DNA of 64,000 bases from Lepidodermella squamata (lineage: Eukaryota; Animalia; Gastrotricha): assembly GCA_047495785.1 (NCBI GenBank), contig JBLDXI010000003.1, forward strand, positions 682,001-746,000, read 5' to 3'. Below are positions 47,151-60,300 of this stretch, one piece after another; position 1 is the stretch's first letter, and every line of letters begins with the position of its first letter. Both the position numbers and the translations under genes were made by a program. Below the pieces are notes generated by a model. That model saw only the letters and a program-made list of their open reading frames with translations, ran no database searches and had not been told where the DNA came from.

Positions 47151-50100
47151 ATGTCTGACAACTCAAACCTCCCGATATCGCTTCTTCAAGGGGCGTACAA
47201 TTTAACCGATTGTAAGTTTTACCATAGTTTGGTAATTAAGTTGGTAATGTATTGACGTAATCTGATTTACAGTGCTGGGTGAACTTCCATTGGCTGAACC
47301 AGCGCCAGAATCGCTCTTCAATCAACAAATTATATTTGACCCTCACTTGGGAGACGATATGCGAAGAGTTTTACAAAGTGATGGGCGCAATGATGTTAAT
47401 CTTATCGGTCGGCTGTGCTTGTCACTCGGCCAGGTTGACTCCTCTCATGTCCAACCATTGGGACCGAATTCGGAAGGATTACCGCCAGAACAAGCTATGC
47501 CGCCATTGCTACGCTCTATCATTTCCGTTAACCCCAACGCCTTTCGAGGCCCACAATACCAGCCACAAACTCCGACGCAAATTTCGCCAACCCGGCGATT
47601 GCCAAGCCAAAGTTCTGTGCCAAATGTTGGTGAAAAGCAGCAGCAACAGCAGTTTTTTCAAGATCAAAACATAAAGGCTGAGAAAGAACGCATTGATATG
47701 CCAGGTTCTTCCTCAAAATCGCACCACGAAAGTTCTTCGGTTAAGAAAGAATCGAAAAAATCAGTTGAAGATGACGATGAAATTACAGTTATTCGTACGA
47801 AGAAAAAGAAAAAGAAAGAATTGGATCAACTCGAGCAGGATAATCGGAATTTAGCCAAGTACGACGCCCGTTATCCTGATCAATCGCACCGCCAACAGCA
47901 TCCAACTATTGATTCGGGTTTGACCGGTGACGAGTTCTTGGATGCGAAAATTGACAAATTTTCGGAGACTTTTGACAAGAAGCGATCTAAAAAAGATGAA
48001 ACGACCCATGCTCAACGCGATTCAGCCTCACTAAATGTGATGGCGGAGCAAGGTTTACCAGACTTATTGCCGAATGAAGAGAGCTCAATGGATTTTTTCG
48101 ATTCGGCATCTGCCTCAAATTTTGCCAATTCTTCAAACGCAGTTACAACCAAGGTGAAAAAGCGGAAACGTGACAAGGACGAAAATGAACGATTAACAGT
48201 TCGCCTTCAGTTGTCGTTAATTGGTGGAAATGACGAGTTGATTGAAAACGTGGTTTACCGAAATTTCGTGAATTTGATCGAGGATATTTTCCGGAATGTC
48301 GACGATGCTGACCTGCACGATTTCTTCAAGAAGCATGATGAGGACGCTGAAATTCCCGAAGAAGCTCTGATTTCCCGTGGACTTCTGACAGGTAAAGATT
48401 TGTTTTGAATTACAACAACCTGTTGATCAAATTTTCGATTTTCTTGTTAGAGCTTGTATCCGAATCTTCGAAATTGTGCGAACTCGGTGCAACTAGTCAC
48501 ATAGCAGCCGAAAATCTTTCCCGAATTCTGACAATCTTACAGTGGAACGTAAAACATGGCGCGAATCTGTTGTTAAACAAACCCAGCGACGATCAGGAGC
48601 AAAGTGAACATTTCGAGCGAGAAATGGCTTTATTTCGCGAAGTAGCCGCTCATCGGATCTTGCACTCTATCGATGCTTGTCTGGGTATTCTATACATTCT
48701 AACAGCCCGTGAATTGCCGAGGCAGCTTTACACCGACGAAGTTATCGATGCTGTAATAGCCTGCGTCCGTTTTCAGATGCATAACGTGATTTTCCCAGAA
48801 TTTGACCCGCTCTACCGGACAGATTCTGAGGGTAAAAGTTACGGAAATTTGAAGTCGAAACGGTCGAGGACTGGACATGTGAAGGATAAACTTGTTGTGA
48901 ATATCTATCAGAAGATCATGCTAACTGTCGATTTGTTGGCTAATCTAGTCACTATGCAAGATTTGGGCGATGAGTTATTGATTAAGCTAACTTCAATCGC
49001 TGTCTCGCCGTTTTTTGTCGAAAACATCTCTGAGCTTCAATTGGCGAGTTTGAGGCTTGTTGTTGCCATGTTCGCGAAACACGAGAGGATTCGTCAGTTT
49101 ATTCTGGACGATGTGCTGAGCTCATTAACGAAATTGCCCTCAACGAAGCGAAACTTAAGGTCTTACCGGTTGTGGAATCACAATGGGTCGATTCAAATGG
49201 TTACTGCACTGGTGCTTAACATTGTGCAATGCATGGCGAAACTGCCAGAAATTAGGGACGACAAAGCGATGGAAAGTTCTTCTCAGCAGTCCCAAGCCGA
49301 AAATTTGGTAAGGCTTCAATTTGATCAAGCAATTATCATTTATGACGAAATCACTTGAAAAATTGAAAGATGAAGCTGGAAATTTGGCGCAAATGCAGTT
49401 TTAGCTGGTTACCCTGGTTAAAAAAAATCACGCACATACCTTGCCACACTTCCAAGCTCACGTGTACAACATTCATCTTGGAAAGTGTATAATGAATTAC
49501 GACCAAACGAACGTCCAGCCCACGAATCTGAACGCGTGAAAAAGCTTAATTTCACACATGATTTCCCGGCATTTGTATGTCGGGTCAAATGTTTAAACCT
49601 ATCTCTGTGGGCGTTCTATTTCCATTCAGTCTCCAATCTAGGTCTTATACTCAACTTTAAAATCAGGACATTTTTGAGGAAATGAGCAACTCTCGCTATT
49701 GAGTACTCGCAATTGATAAAATTAATGTTCCAGTCTTTGTGAACAATTTTTATTTTATTTTACAGCCGCCTATCGATGATCCGAGCCAGGTGCTACAGAC
49801 TTCTTACGATTTGTCAAAGAAAACAGCGCTATTATTCATCACGGCGTTCTTCAAGAAGTGCACTCAAAAATCTGAAGATGACTACCGGCCGCTTTTTGAA
49901 AATTTCGTGCAAGACTTGCTCACAACAGCTCAACGGCCGGAATGGCCGGCCACCGATCTCATGCTCACACTGCTTGGTTCTATTCTCGTAAGTTATGACA
50001 GCTCTATCCGTGGAATTTGAATGCTCATAGCCAATAAAAATGCATTTTTGCTTCAAGTTTGGTAATCAAATTTGTAATAAATTTTGGCTGAGCCGAAATT

Positions 50101-53100
50101 CAATAAAGCAGAACAACATTTTGAAAAATACGCCGTCATTTTAAAGTTATGGTCAGGCCTTTGGATTTCCGTTATTAATAACGAAATTCCCAAAATTATA
50201 CATTTTAGTCTTCAATTAACTAAAAATATTGAAAAAGTTGGTTCCGCTGAAATGAGAACCCTTTCAATTTCCATTTAGAAGTAAATTTCTTATGATATTG
50301 TCATTTTTGCGAAAATAGCTCCAAGACATTTTGCTTCAAGTTCATTAAATTGACCCCGTTTTTTTTCATTTCAGATGCAACAATTCACGAACCGCAATTT
50401 GGATAATAACATTCGCGTCGCGGCCTTGGACTATTTCGGCCAGATAGCCGCTCGACTGCGACGTGATAGCATAAGCGCATCTATTCCAAAAGAAACCGTC
50501 GACTCAATTGTTGAACAGGTGAGTTGAATGAGAAACAAAAAAGCTTGTCAAAACGCGTAATAATTGTCTCTCGTAATTTACAGCTCAAAGATATGCATCC
50601 GGACTACGCTGCTGTAATGGAGGTAATTTATGATAACTTTTTTCTTAAAATTCTCTGCTTTTTCTCGTTTGTATTCCGACTTGTTCTCACGCTTTGTTTC
50701 CTCGCTAATTTTTCCATGTTTTTTCTTCTATGTTTGTTCGCCACCCATCCCAAAATTTAGAAGGAACATTGCGTTTTTCTTGAAAAATACGAGCAAGTGA
50801 AGACTGAAGAAGAAGATGCTGAAGAGCCTGTGCCAGCGAAAAGAACCCGCCGGTCGAAGAAACTGAAAAATATCAACAATGTGCCTGAAAAGAAGAAGAA
50901 AGTCACGACGATTTCTTACCGAAAAAAGGCAAAGTGTCCCTTTTGACCCAATTTCATTTTCTGTTTCTCGCGATGAAATGTTATAATTTTATATTAATTC
51001 CGATATTTATATTTTTAAGGTAACGGAAGCTGATGAAAATACCAAGGTGCTGCAACTGATGGAAAAGGCTTTCTCTTCGTTTTTACTCGACCAATCTCAA
51101 CTCGATCCAACATTGGCGGTGAGTCACTCTATTACTATGAATTGTTGAAATTATTTCCCCGTTTTCCTTAGTATGCTCGAAATTTCTGCATCTCACAATG
51201 GCACGCCGATGCGATAACCGACGCTGATCGGGCGTTGAAATTGCATCAAAACAACGTGAAACAGGGCCTTGAAACCACGACCACGGAACAAGAAATCAAC
51301 GATCGCTGTGAAGCGCAGAAAGCTTTCGTTAAACAGTTGATTGCCACGCAGCAAGCCATTGCGAAATCGTGCGCGAAATTGCCCGTTGTGTCTCACGAAA
51401 CTGCTTGTTTAATTTCGTCTTGGCTCGGAAAACAACGCTCATTTGCTCAAAGTTTCGAATTTTTTCTCAGCAATGTGAGACAAATTATTCTGATTTTTCT
51501 GGGTATTTTTTATTAATTTTTATAATTTCAGATTTTGAACCTGTTGAGTGAAACTACAATAGCAATACGTACTCGTGCCATGAAATCTCTCGCATCGGTT
51601 GTGGAATCTGATCCTTCAGTTTTGAATATTGTAATTTTTCATCGAATTTATTTTATTTTTTATTAAATTATTTTTTTGTCCAGGCGATTGTGAGAAAAGC
51701 TGTTCACGGTTGTCTCGGTGATAATTCAACGTCAGTTCGCGAGGCAGTTGTCGATTTGATCGGTCGTTTCATTCTACACAACGCCGATTTAACCCTGAAT
51801 TACTACCCGTTGCTGTGTGAACGAATCAACGATGTCGGCGTTTCCGTGCGAAAACGTGTGCTCAAACTGTTCAGAGACATTTGTCTCGAACAGCCTGATT
51901 TTCCGAAAATTGCCGACCTGTGTAAACAAATGATCACGCGCATTGGCGATGAAGAGAGCATCAAGGTAAAATTTGTATTCTATAATGAATAATCTATAAT
52001 TCTATAAAAATTGTAAATGATCGCCCAATTTAATTGGGATTATTGTTGAAAATTGGCTCGTGATGGCTTTTTCAGCTGTCAATCTAAGCCTTGCATTCGT
52101 AATTATATGGGCTCAATTAATTAACCATAAATGACTGATGAGGCAATTGGCTTGTAAAATCCGTGGTCGAATTTTCACGCTCTAGCTTGAAACGACCTGT
52201 CAAGTTAGCATCAACCACTATCCAGGTGATTTCATCCGTTGCATTAATTTTCATTGTCTTTTACGCTTTTCGATCACATCAAGTCCATGGCATGGATTCT
52301 ATTTTTAGAGCTTCAGTCGCGAATTTTTGTAGCATCCATTAAATTTCCGAATTAATTTCAGGAAATATTTTTATTTTAAATTAAGAATTTAAAAAATGCC
52401 ACCAATTATTAAAATTGTTTTACAATTCTAGAAATTGGTAACCGAAGCGTTTCAACACATGTGGTTTCAACCCCTCGACACCGTGAAGGAGCCTCATCGC
52501 CTGATTCGCAGGGTGACCAGTATCGTCGACGTGGTATCGGCGTGTCGCGAAATCGGCTACGAGTGGTTTCACCAGCTGCTCGAGGCCCTGCTCAAAAAAT
52601 CGGACGATTCAACGCAAATGACAACGATGGAAACGTCGAAGCAAATCGTCGACGGCCTCATGGAGCACACGGTTCGATGCGAAGAGGTCGATGCTGAAAG
52701 TCGAGCCTCTGCCTCGTCCAGTTCTACCCTGGTGGCTACCCTAACGGCGTTGTCGATTTTCTGCAAGGCCGCGCCGCATCTACTTGTGCCTCATGTTCAA
52801 TTGTTGCATCCCTACTTGAATATCAAATGCAGTGTAAGTAAAACTATAAAGCAATTCAAGCTATGGTCAAATTTTTCACAATTTACTTGAAGAATTGCTC
52901 GAAAAGAATCACTTTAAATGGTCTTTTAAGCCCGAATTAACCGTTTCACGGCCAAATTATTTTTCACCCAATCCCAAATATTTTGAATATTTTTGGCTGA
53001 TAATTGTACTAAAATGAAAGTAATGTGAAGGAAAGCGACAGAACGATTCGTAAGATTTGACTAATTTAGAAAAATTGCTCAGAGTTATCACTCCTAGCCA

Positions 53101-56100
53101 AAACATGTAAGCAAATAGTAATTTGCTATTCTCAGGTTTTTTGAGCGAATTTTTTTAGCTGCTAACCCACTTAAGATTTCCACTATTTGATAACTAACAC
53201 CTTCTCTTACATAAGTAATTTAGGTAGCAGATTTTTAATGTTTTTGCGTAATATTTTTTTCTTCAGTGGAAAATCTCAGGTGGATTTTTAGCTAAAAATT
53301 CAGACAAAGAAATCTTCGCAAATTCATTATCTTTAAAATGAATCATGATTCACTATGAATCATGAATTATACCGCAACTCATATTCACGTTCAAACAACT
53401 ATTTAGCTTAGAATTTAAACGATGGCTAAAACATTTAATATTTTTTCAACTTTTAGTAGAAAATTTTCGAAAAACTTGTTTTTTTAAACATTTTTTCCGG
53501 TCATGACTTCATTTCATTTTTAATTTATTTTTTAATTTTTATTTCCACAGACCCAAGGCGATTATTTTGTGATAATGAACACGTGCAAAATCGTCGAACT
53601 AGCCGTGCCGCTGATGGCCAACCCGAGTCAAGAATTTGTGCGGCAACTCGAAACCGACCTGCTAACAATCGCCTCGAAGCAAGGCATGGCAGTGCTGGAG
53701 TGCGCAGTCGCATGCCTCGGCGCAGTCGTCAACAAAGTGACACAACGCCACCAGGCTGTCATTCAATGCCTCGAAAAGCTCACAGCAGGACTCCACGCTT
53801 TTCTGACAAATCACCGTAAAAACCCAACAGCGGAAATCGCCCGGCCAATCAAGGCCTCACTACTTCGAAGTCTCTATCTCATCGGACTGCTGTGTAAAAA
53901 TTTTGATTTCGAAGCGTTGAGCTCGAATTCAGTGCGCGATACAATCCTTCAGTATTACATTTATTTCTGTATGATTGGCGACGAAGACATCAAACACAAG
54001 TCACTGATGGGCCTCGGATTCTTCTGCACTCGTTACTTCAACTGCTTATTAACTGATCAATTGAAAACGATGTACGTCAATTTTTTGAGCGAACCGAACG
54101 GCGGAAATCCGAAATTCAAAATCCAAGTGCTTCAAAACATTCTGAGTGGCCTTAAAGAGCAGGAAGCTAATCCGTTGGATGAAAATTCCGTTCAAAATCC
54201 CCAGAATTTGGCGGATCAAAACAACGAAATTGCCGACCAGCAGCAGCAGCAGCAGCATCAAAACCCGCATCACCAGGACGATTTGAAGGAAATGTTTGAC
54301 ATTCAGTCCGGGCTAGCGTCAAATGTCACCCAGACGTACCTCGGCCACATTTTACAGGCCTATTTCGATGCGAATGTCGACGTGAGAACCGCGGCGGCTG
54401 ATGTTATTGTCCTAATTGTTGCCCACGGGTTGATCCACCCTGCGAAATGTGTGCCTTATCTCATCGCAGGTACGACTGACCCCAACTCGAATATTCGAAC
54501 GAGGGCCGAGCAGCGGTTGAAAGACATCGAAAAGCGGTATCCGAACTTTATTTCCATGAAGGCGCTTCAGGGCGCGAGGAAGTCGTTTGAACTGCAGCAG
54601 ATTCTTCAGCAAAACGGGACTGGCGAGCCGATTCGAGGCATTTTTTCGTTTGTTAACAAGGACGATACGACTTTCAGCGATCAAAGCCCGGCAACCCTAG
54701 CCGCGATTTACAACCTATTGCGGTCGAATAAACAACATCGAAGGGCCTTCATAAATTCGGCGGTTAAACTTTTCGACGAATCGAGTGGCGCTTCGTTGGG
54801 TGAATTGGTGTATCTCGCGGATAACATTGTGTATCTGCCGTATGGAACGCTGGACGAGGTGCTGCAGACGATTTTTCAAATTGAGCAGCACATTTCGATA
54901 GCTGGGACGAACTTGATCCAGGCCGTGAAAGATTTGTGTCAAAGCCACGATTTTTACCAACAGCAGCAGCAACAAATGGATTACAATAGCGGTCTGCCTG
55001 AAGATGAGGAGGAATTTTTTCAGACTTCACACCTGATTAGTAAGTCTTCAATACTTTGTCATTGAATTTTCATGTTTTGATTTTTAAATTAAATTAAATC
55101 ATCGATTTAAGCCTTGGGACTTTAAATCAATTAGGTGTTTGTGGCACGTTCCACTTGATGGACTAATCGGGTGACAAATCGACCAAGCAAATCTCTTAAG
55201 CCAACAGGTGTCGGAGGATTAAGGTCAGTGAAGCGTCGAAATGTTGCTCTAATCCATCATCTGTCATATGAGACTTGTGTTGGAAAAAAATCAGGTGGCT
55301 GGATACGCTTTTTGATTGCGTGGCTGAGTGAATCATTGATTTCATTAGGTTTCCCCACACATTTAGTTCTGTTATAGTTTATAGTGTCGTAGGGCGAAGA
55401 ATGCGAATGTTTAACCTTCGTAAAAGGATAGCTTTTGCACCTCTGTTCTGCTGCTTGGTAGCCTTATTTCAAATTTTGAAGGGGCTTAAAACTGGAAATA
55501 CGAAACTAAGACCCTTTTAATGAGCAGTTTTTTTATTATTTTCAATGGGATTTCGAGGCGGAAATGATGCCACATACCAAATATTTTATTGTTATTTGCT
55601 TTATAGCTATAAGAAATTCGACGAAATTCGATTTTTCAGGCTGAACATTCACATTTTTGTTGAATCGTTTTACTAATTTAATTGTTAAGTTTTTCAGGTT
55701 TTTTACTTACTTTAGGCGAATAATTTTGCGAAAATTTATATAGTCATATTATCTCTTGAAGAACAATTTAATCGATGCGTATTCAGTTATGCACAGTGTA
55801 CATCCATATGTGATTACATTTATTCTATTTGTTTCATTACGAAATCTATTGGGAATTGTTGGGTGGAAAGCGTAATATTAGGCCTTGATTTATTTATGTT
55901 TTTTATGGAATTTTTCTCTCGCAGACATTCTACCCGCTGATCTGAGCCAAGTGCATTCTCTAGTCACAACAACCGCTCAAAACTGTTTGCTGCTGCTGCA
56001 CGCTAAAACCGCCCTGAAGGAAGAATACGGCCTCACGGATGCAAAAGTTCGCCAATACGTTGCGACTTGCAACAACAAAGCCGCTCAAAAATTGTACGAA

Positions 56101-56577
56101 AAACCACCGCCCCGCCGCCAGCCGGTTCGCTACCAACCGAATCAATTGGAAACCGTTCGAACCGGGCCACCGCCCTGCCCGCAGATGGGCGATATCAGAG
56201 GCCGGCAAGCGTTAGTCGCCGAACTGGTTCAATTCAAACAGCTAGTCGATAGTTTGGACCAGGACGCCATTGCAGCAGCGGTTAACGACTCGATCGAGGG
56301 TGAGGAAGGCCTGGAAGGGCTTGATTCCGACCCTGAGTTGGACGAGGAGGGCAACCCGATTGAGAAGCCGAAGAAAAAACCAGCTGGTAAGCCGACCCCG
56401 TCGAAAAAGGGCCGTGGCCGAGGCCGGCCGTCGAAATCCGGCCCGAAATCGGCGTCAAAATCGTCGAAGAAAAAATCGAAATCCGCCCACATCGAAAGCG
56501 ACTATGAAGACGAGGCTGACGACTGGGCCGAGTTGGCTGATCTTGGCGATCCGGATGACGAAGATTTCAGGCCTTGA
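47151..56577 (+). CDS. NIPBL: Nipped-B-like cohesin loader (Scc2/NIPBL), about 1980 aa
   Basis: Exons 47151-47211, 47273-48391, 48451-49307, 49766-49987, 50375-50518, 50584-50622, (50761-50928), 51020-51118, 51172-51474, 51532-51630, 51684-51965, 52432-52833, 53551-55039, 55925-56577. Motifs IQMVTALVL, DYRPLFENFVQDLL..PEWPA, SVREAVVDLIG, DVGVSVRKRV and GLIHP..CVPYLIA..TD. Confidence 0.93.
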
Positions 56578-57335
56578 TGCGATAAAATGATGTTTGTTTT
56601 GTCTAAAATCTGGATGCATTTCCATATGGCAATTTCTCACGTGCTATTTCACCTTTAAATGCCTCGAAAAATTATAAATTAATAATACTGACGATCCATG
56701 TCTTTTTCTGTCAAAACAACTAAAACCTGTCGATATGCGGTATAATAGTATGGTCTAGTTTTGCTCTTCTTTCTTCTTCATCTCTTGCGGAACCTGTGAT
56801 TGTCGAGTGGCAAAGTAAAATAATACATCGATTTTTTTGTTATACCATTTGTTATACGTAACGTCTTATTCGTCTCGTTAATATTGTACCTTAATATTAT
56901 TCGAATTGAAATATTATTATAACTATTATTATTCGTCAAAAATCTTATTGAACCCCGTTTCTTCTCTTATTCTCGCTGTGAGTGTGTTTGTTATACATTT
57001 TTTCATTTCTTCGCGCCGATATTTCGACGTTTTTTGAACTCTATATATGTGTGAATTTTTTGCCGTCGTCGCGTGGCTGGACACCACTTTTCAGGAGCCT
57101 TTTTGCTGTCGTGAAAATTTTTCATTACCTTGGCAAATATTAATTTCATTCTTTTCGGCAAAGAACTACTAAGAACAAACTAGATGATGATAATAACTAT
57201 TGATGATGCAAAAGTGAAAGAAATAGAAATATTGCAAATTAATTTCATTATTATTTTTTTATTTTTAGATTTTATTATTTACATTTTATACGAATTTGAT
57301 ACAGCTAAAAGACAACTACCGTGGATCTCGATCGC

Positions 57336-60300
57336 ATGGTGAGTATTTCTTAACGTTTTCCATGAAAATTCGAAGAATTTGATAGGTGTCTATCATTTTC
57401 AATCAACCGTAATAGCCCTGTTTCGAAGTCGCGTTCCTATTAATTTTTCCGCCTAATTCGATTTTTTTCGAATTTAGAGACAGGGAAATCAAGTTGTTTT
57501 TCTTTCAATAATTTTGCAAATATTTCGAAAAATATCTCCTAATTAACAAGATCAATTGAATTTTATATAAAAATACGGTGTAGAGATGGAAGAAGCCTGT
57601 ATTTCATAATTTCTGGTTTTTATTTCTTGAATCGCAAATGAATTTTTCCCTGAAATCAGATTATTTGAGGATTTTTCAGCTAAATGGCAATTATTTTTTC
57701 AGATGGCTCATTCGTCGCAAATGTTGTCGAGTTTAAGCTCGCTACTTCGCAACGACCCGCCAAACACCGCCCAACGCATTTCGTTCTCTGTGCGAGTTCG
57801 AAACGCGTCTCTGCCCGTTTCCAGCGAGAACATCGGCCTGCCGTGGATTCACGTCGATCTGCTACCATCTGGACCACTAGCCGAGACCCTCGGCTTCAGA
57901 TACCGGCCGTACTCGGTGTCACACGGACCAGCGTGGCGATTTCGCTCGAAATTGTGCCTCGACTCACAATTCGACGCGGCGCCCATCGATTCAGTTGACA
58001 CAGTTGAGGATATATATTTCCCAGTCGACATTGCGTCGATAAATTCGCTGGATTTGATCGGTTGCTTGTACTGCGTCGACAGCATTACGGCTGGCTATGC
58101 GCCTGTTGCTCAACACGCCATTGTAACAGCTCAAGCTGATGAAGACGTGTGTGGCGAGGACGATCAAATGCATAAAAAGGTATGAATGGGTTCAGATCAA
58201 AGTCAAACCTTACAGCTTGAATGTTAGGACCGGAAGAGTATAAGTAGCCTCTTTGAAAATTTGTTTACCAACCTCTTCAAATTGAATTGGAAATTAGATA
58301 ATATTAGAACTAATTCCGTATGTGGGTTTTTTGAAACGCTAATTTTTGCAAGTTTTCTGTCGGTGATGAACATTTTTTTCTGAATTTTTAGGTGAATCGT
58401 TTCACGCAATGGCAGCCATTGTGGACGCTGCGAATCGCCGGCAATTCTTCGGTTAAATTCGACTCGTTGAGTACAAATGCCGGGTCCAAGTTCTGCAAAA
58501 CGTGCGTCATTCCGCCGATAATGGCCAACTCTTCAGCCGCCAATCGGCCAATCAACGTGCTCAGATTCGCCATGAGTTCGTCTCGAAAAACCGCCCTGCT
58601 CGCAAATTTGCCGACGCAACCGACCAACTGCTGGGCCGGCGACTGCCTGCCGAGGGATACCAACGCCGTGATACCGGCGAAACGAGGTCGGATGTTGCGA
58701 CTTCGAGCTGCCAACGCCGATAACAGCAGCAGTGCCGAGGATAATTTGCCGTTGAATAAATTCAAGCGGAAAGTCCCGATAGCAGCTGCTTCGTCCAGTC
58801 AATCGACCAATGCGGTATGTTTTTCCTTTTTTTGTGCTATTTGGGCTTAAAAATAGCTTTGATCAAGTGAGACTCTCACTCACTTATCAATTTTTGAAAT
58901 TTTATTCTGATTATCACCCTTGTTTACTAGAGTTATACAGATAAGATTTGTGGACGGATTTTTTTCGGAATAATTTGTATTATGGGATAAATAATTTTCA
59001 TCCAACCTTTTTTACCGTTATAGCAATTCCAAATAATTTTATTTTGAAAATTTGAAATTCCAAATTCGAAGTACATAATTGCGGTACATATAAACTTTTG
59101 TTTTGAATTTTTCGAATATTTTTTAATATTTGTTACCAAATATCTGCTTGGAGCCAATTTTTTAATCAATATCTCGAGCGCTTTATTCTATAATTAACTT
59201 GGTTTTTTTTAATTATTTTTCAGTCTCTCGATGCGCTTCCAGCCGAGCTGATTCTGCTGATTTTGTCGAAAATAACCGGCGATCCGCATGAGAAGCTAAA
59301 AACAACCATGGCACTGAGTGGCGTGAATCGGCGCCTTCGAGCTATCTGCGCCGATCGGTCGCTGTTCAAACTCATCGATCTGAAGCCCGGCCACGCGAAT
59401 TCAGCGCGGATAAACTGCGAAACGCTGTCGTACCTCGAAAGCCGCAGTAGCGACCGAGCGGCGCTGCGAATTTCATGGCTGCCCAGCTTAGACATGCGGC
59501 GCAAGGTGAATTTCGAAAATCTGTCGTGCCTAATCGCTCAATCGTGCCCGCTGATCGACGACGAATTCCTGCGGCAACTCGGCCGCAACAACGCGCATAC
59601 CTTAGACACACTTGATCTCAGTTCGTGCTGGGCGATTTCTCGCCGCGGTTTCGGCCTGCTAGACACCCTGCGCAATCTACGGTGCCTCTCGCTAGCTAAC
59701 ACTTTGATTTCGCAAAAGACCCTCGAAATGTTGGTAGTGAGCCTGGGGTCGAAACTGCAGGTGTTGAATTTATCCGGCCTGCACGATGTCGTCAATATGG
59801 ACCGAGTCTGTGCGACCCTGGCTGATAACGCGGGCGGGCTAGTTGCTCTGGACCTGTCTAACGCGAATTGCCCGACCAGTTTAGGCTCGTGGGGTGTTGC
59901 GAAACTCGCGGATGGGTGCCGGCGAATTGAAGAGTTGGCGCTGTTGAACTGCGGCCTGGCAGCGTCGACGGTCGCTATGCAACTCGCGCCGTCGCGGTGG
60001 CCGCGTCTCAAGCGACTGGCTGTGCACATGAGTGATGTGGCTATGCTGGAGGCGTTTGCAGTCGAGGCTGCTCAATTGCCGTTGTTGGAACAATTCGCTG
60101 TTAGCTGCATACCACGAAATGGAGCTCCTATCTCGGTTGGTTTTTTCAATAAAATTTAGAAAAATTAACTATGCAACTGAAACCTTTGAGACCTCAAGGA
60201 ATATAATATTTCATGAATATGAAATCAGTTTTGAGCTGTTAACGCGAGTGAACAATTTTGAAAAGATTCTTGCGAAGATCGGAGGTTATTTTGGTACATT

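Noticed and set aside
54238-54255. (CAG)6 repeat in NIPBL
   Set aside because: A short polyglutamine tract in a low-complexity loop, which is unremarkable.
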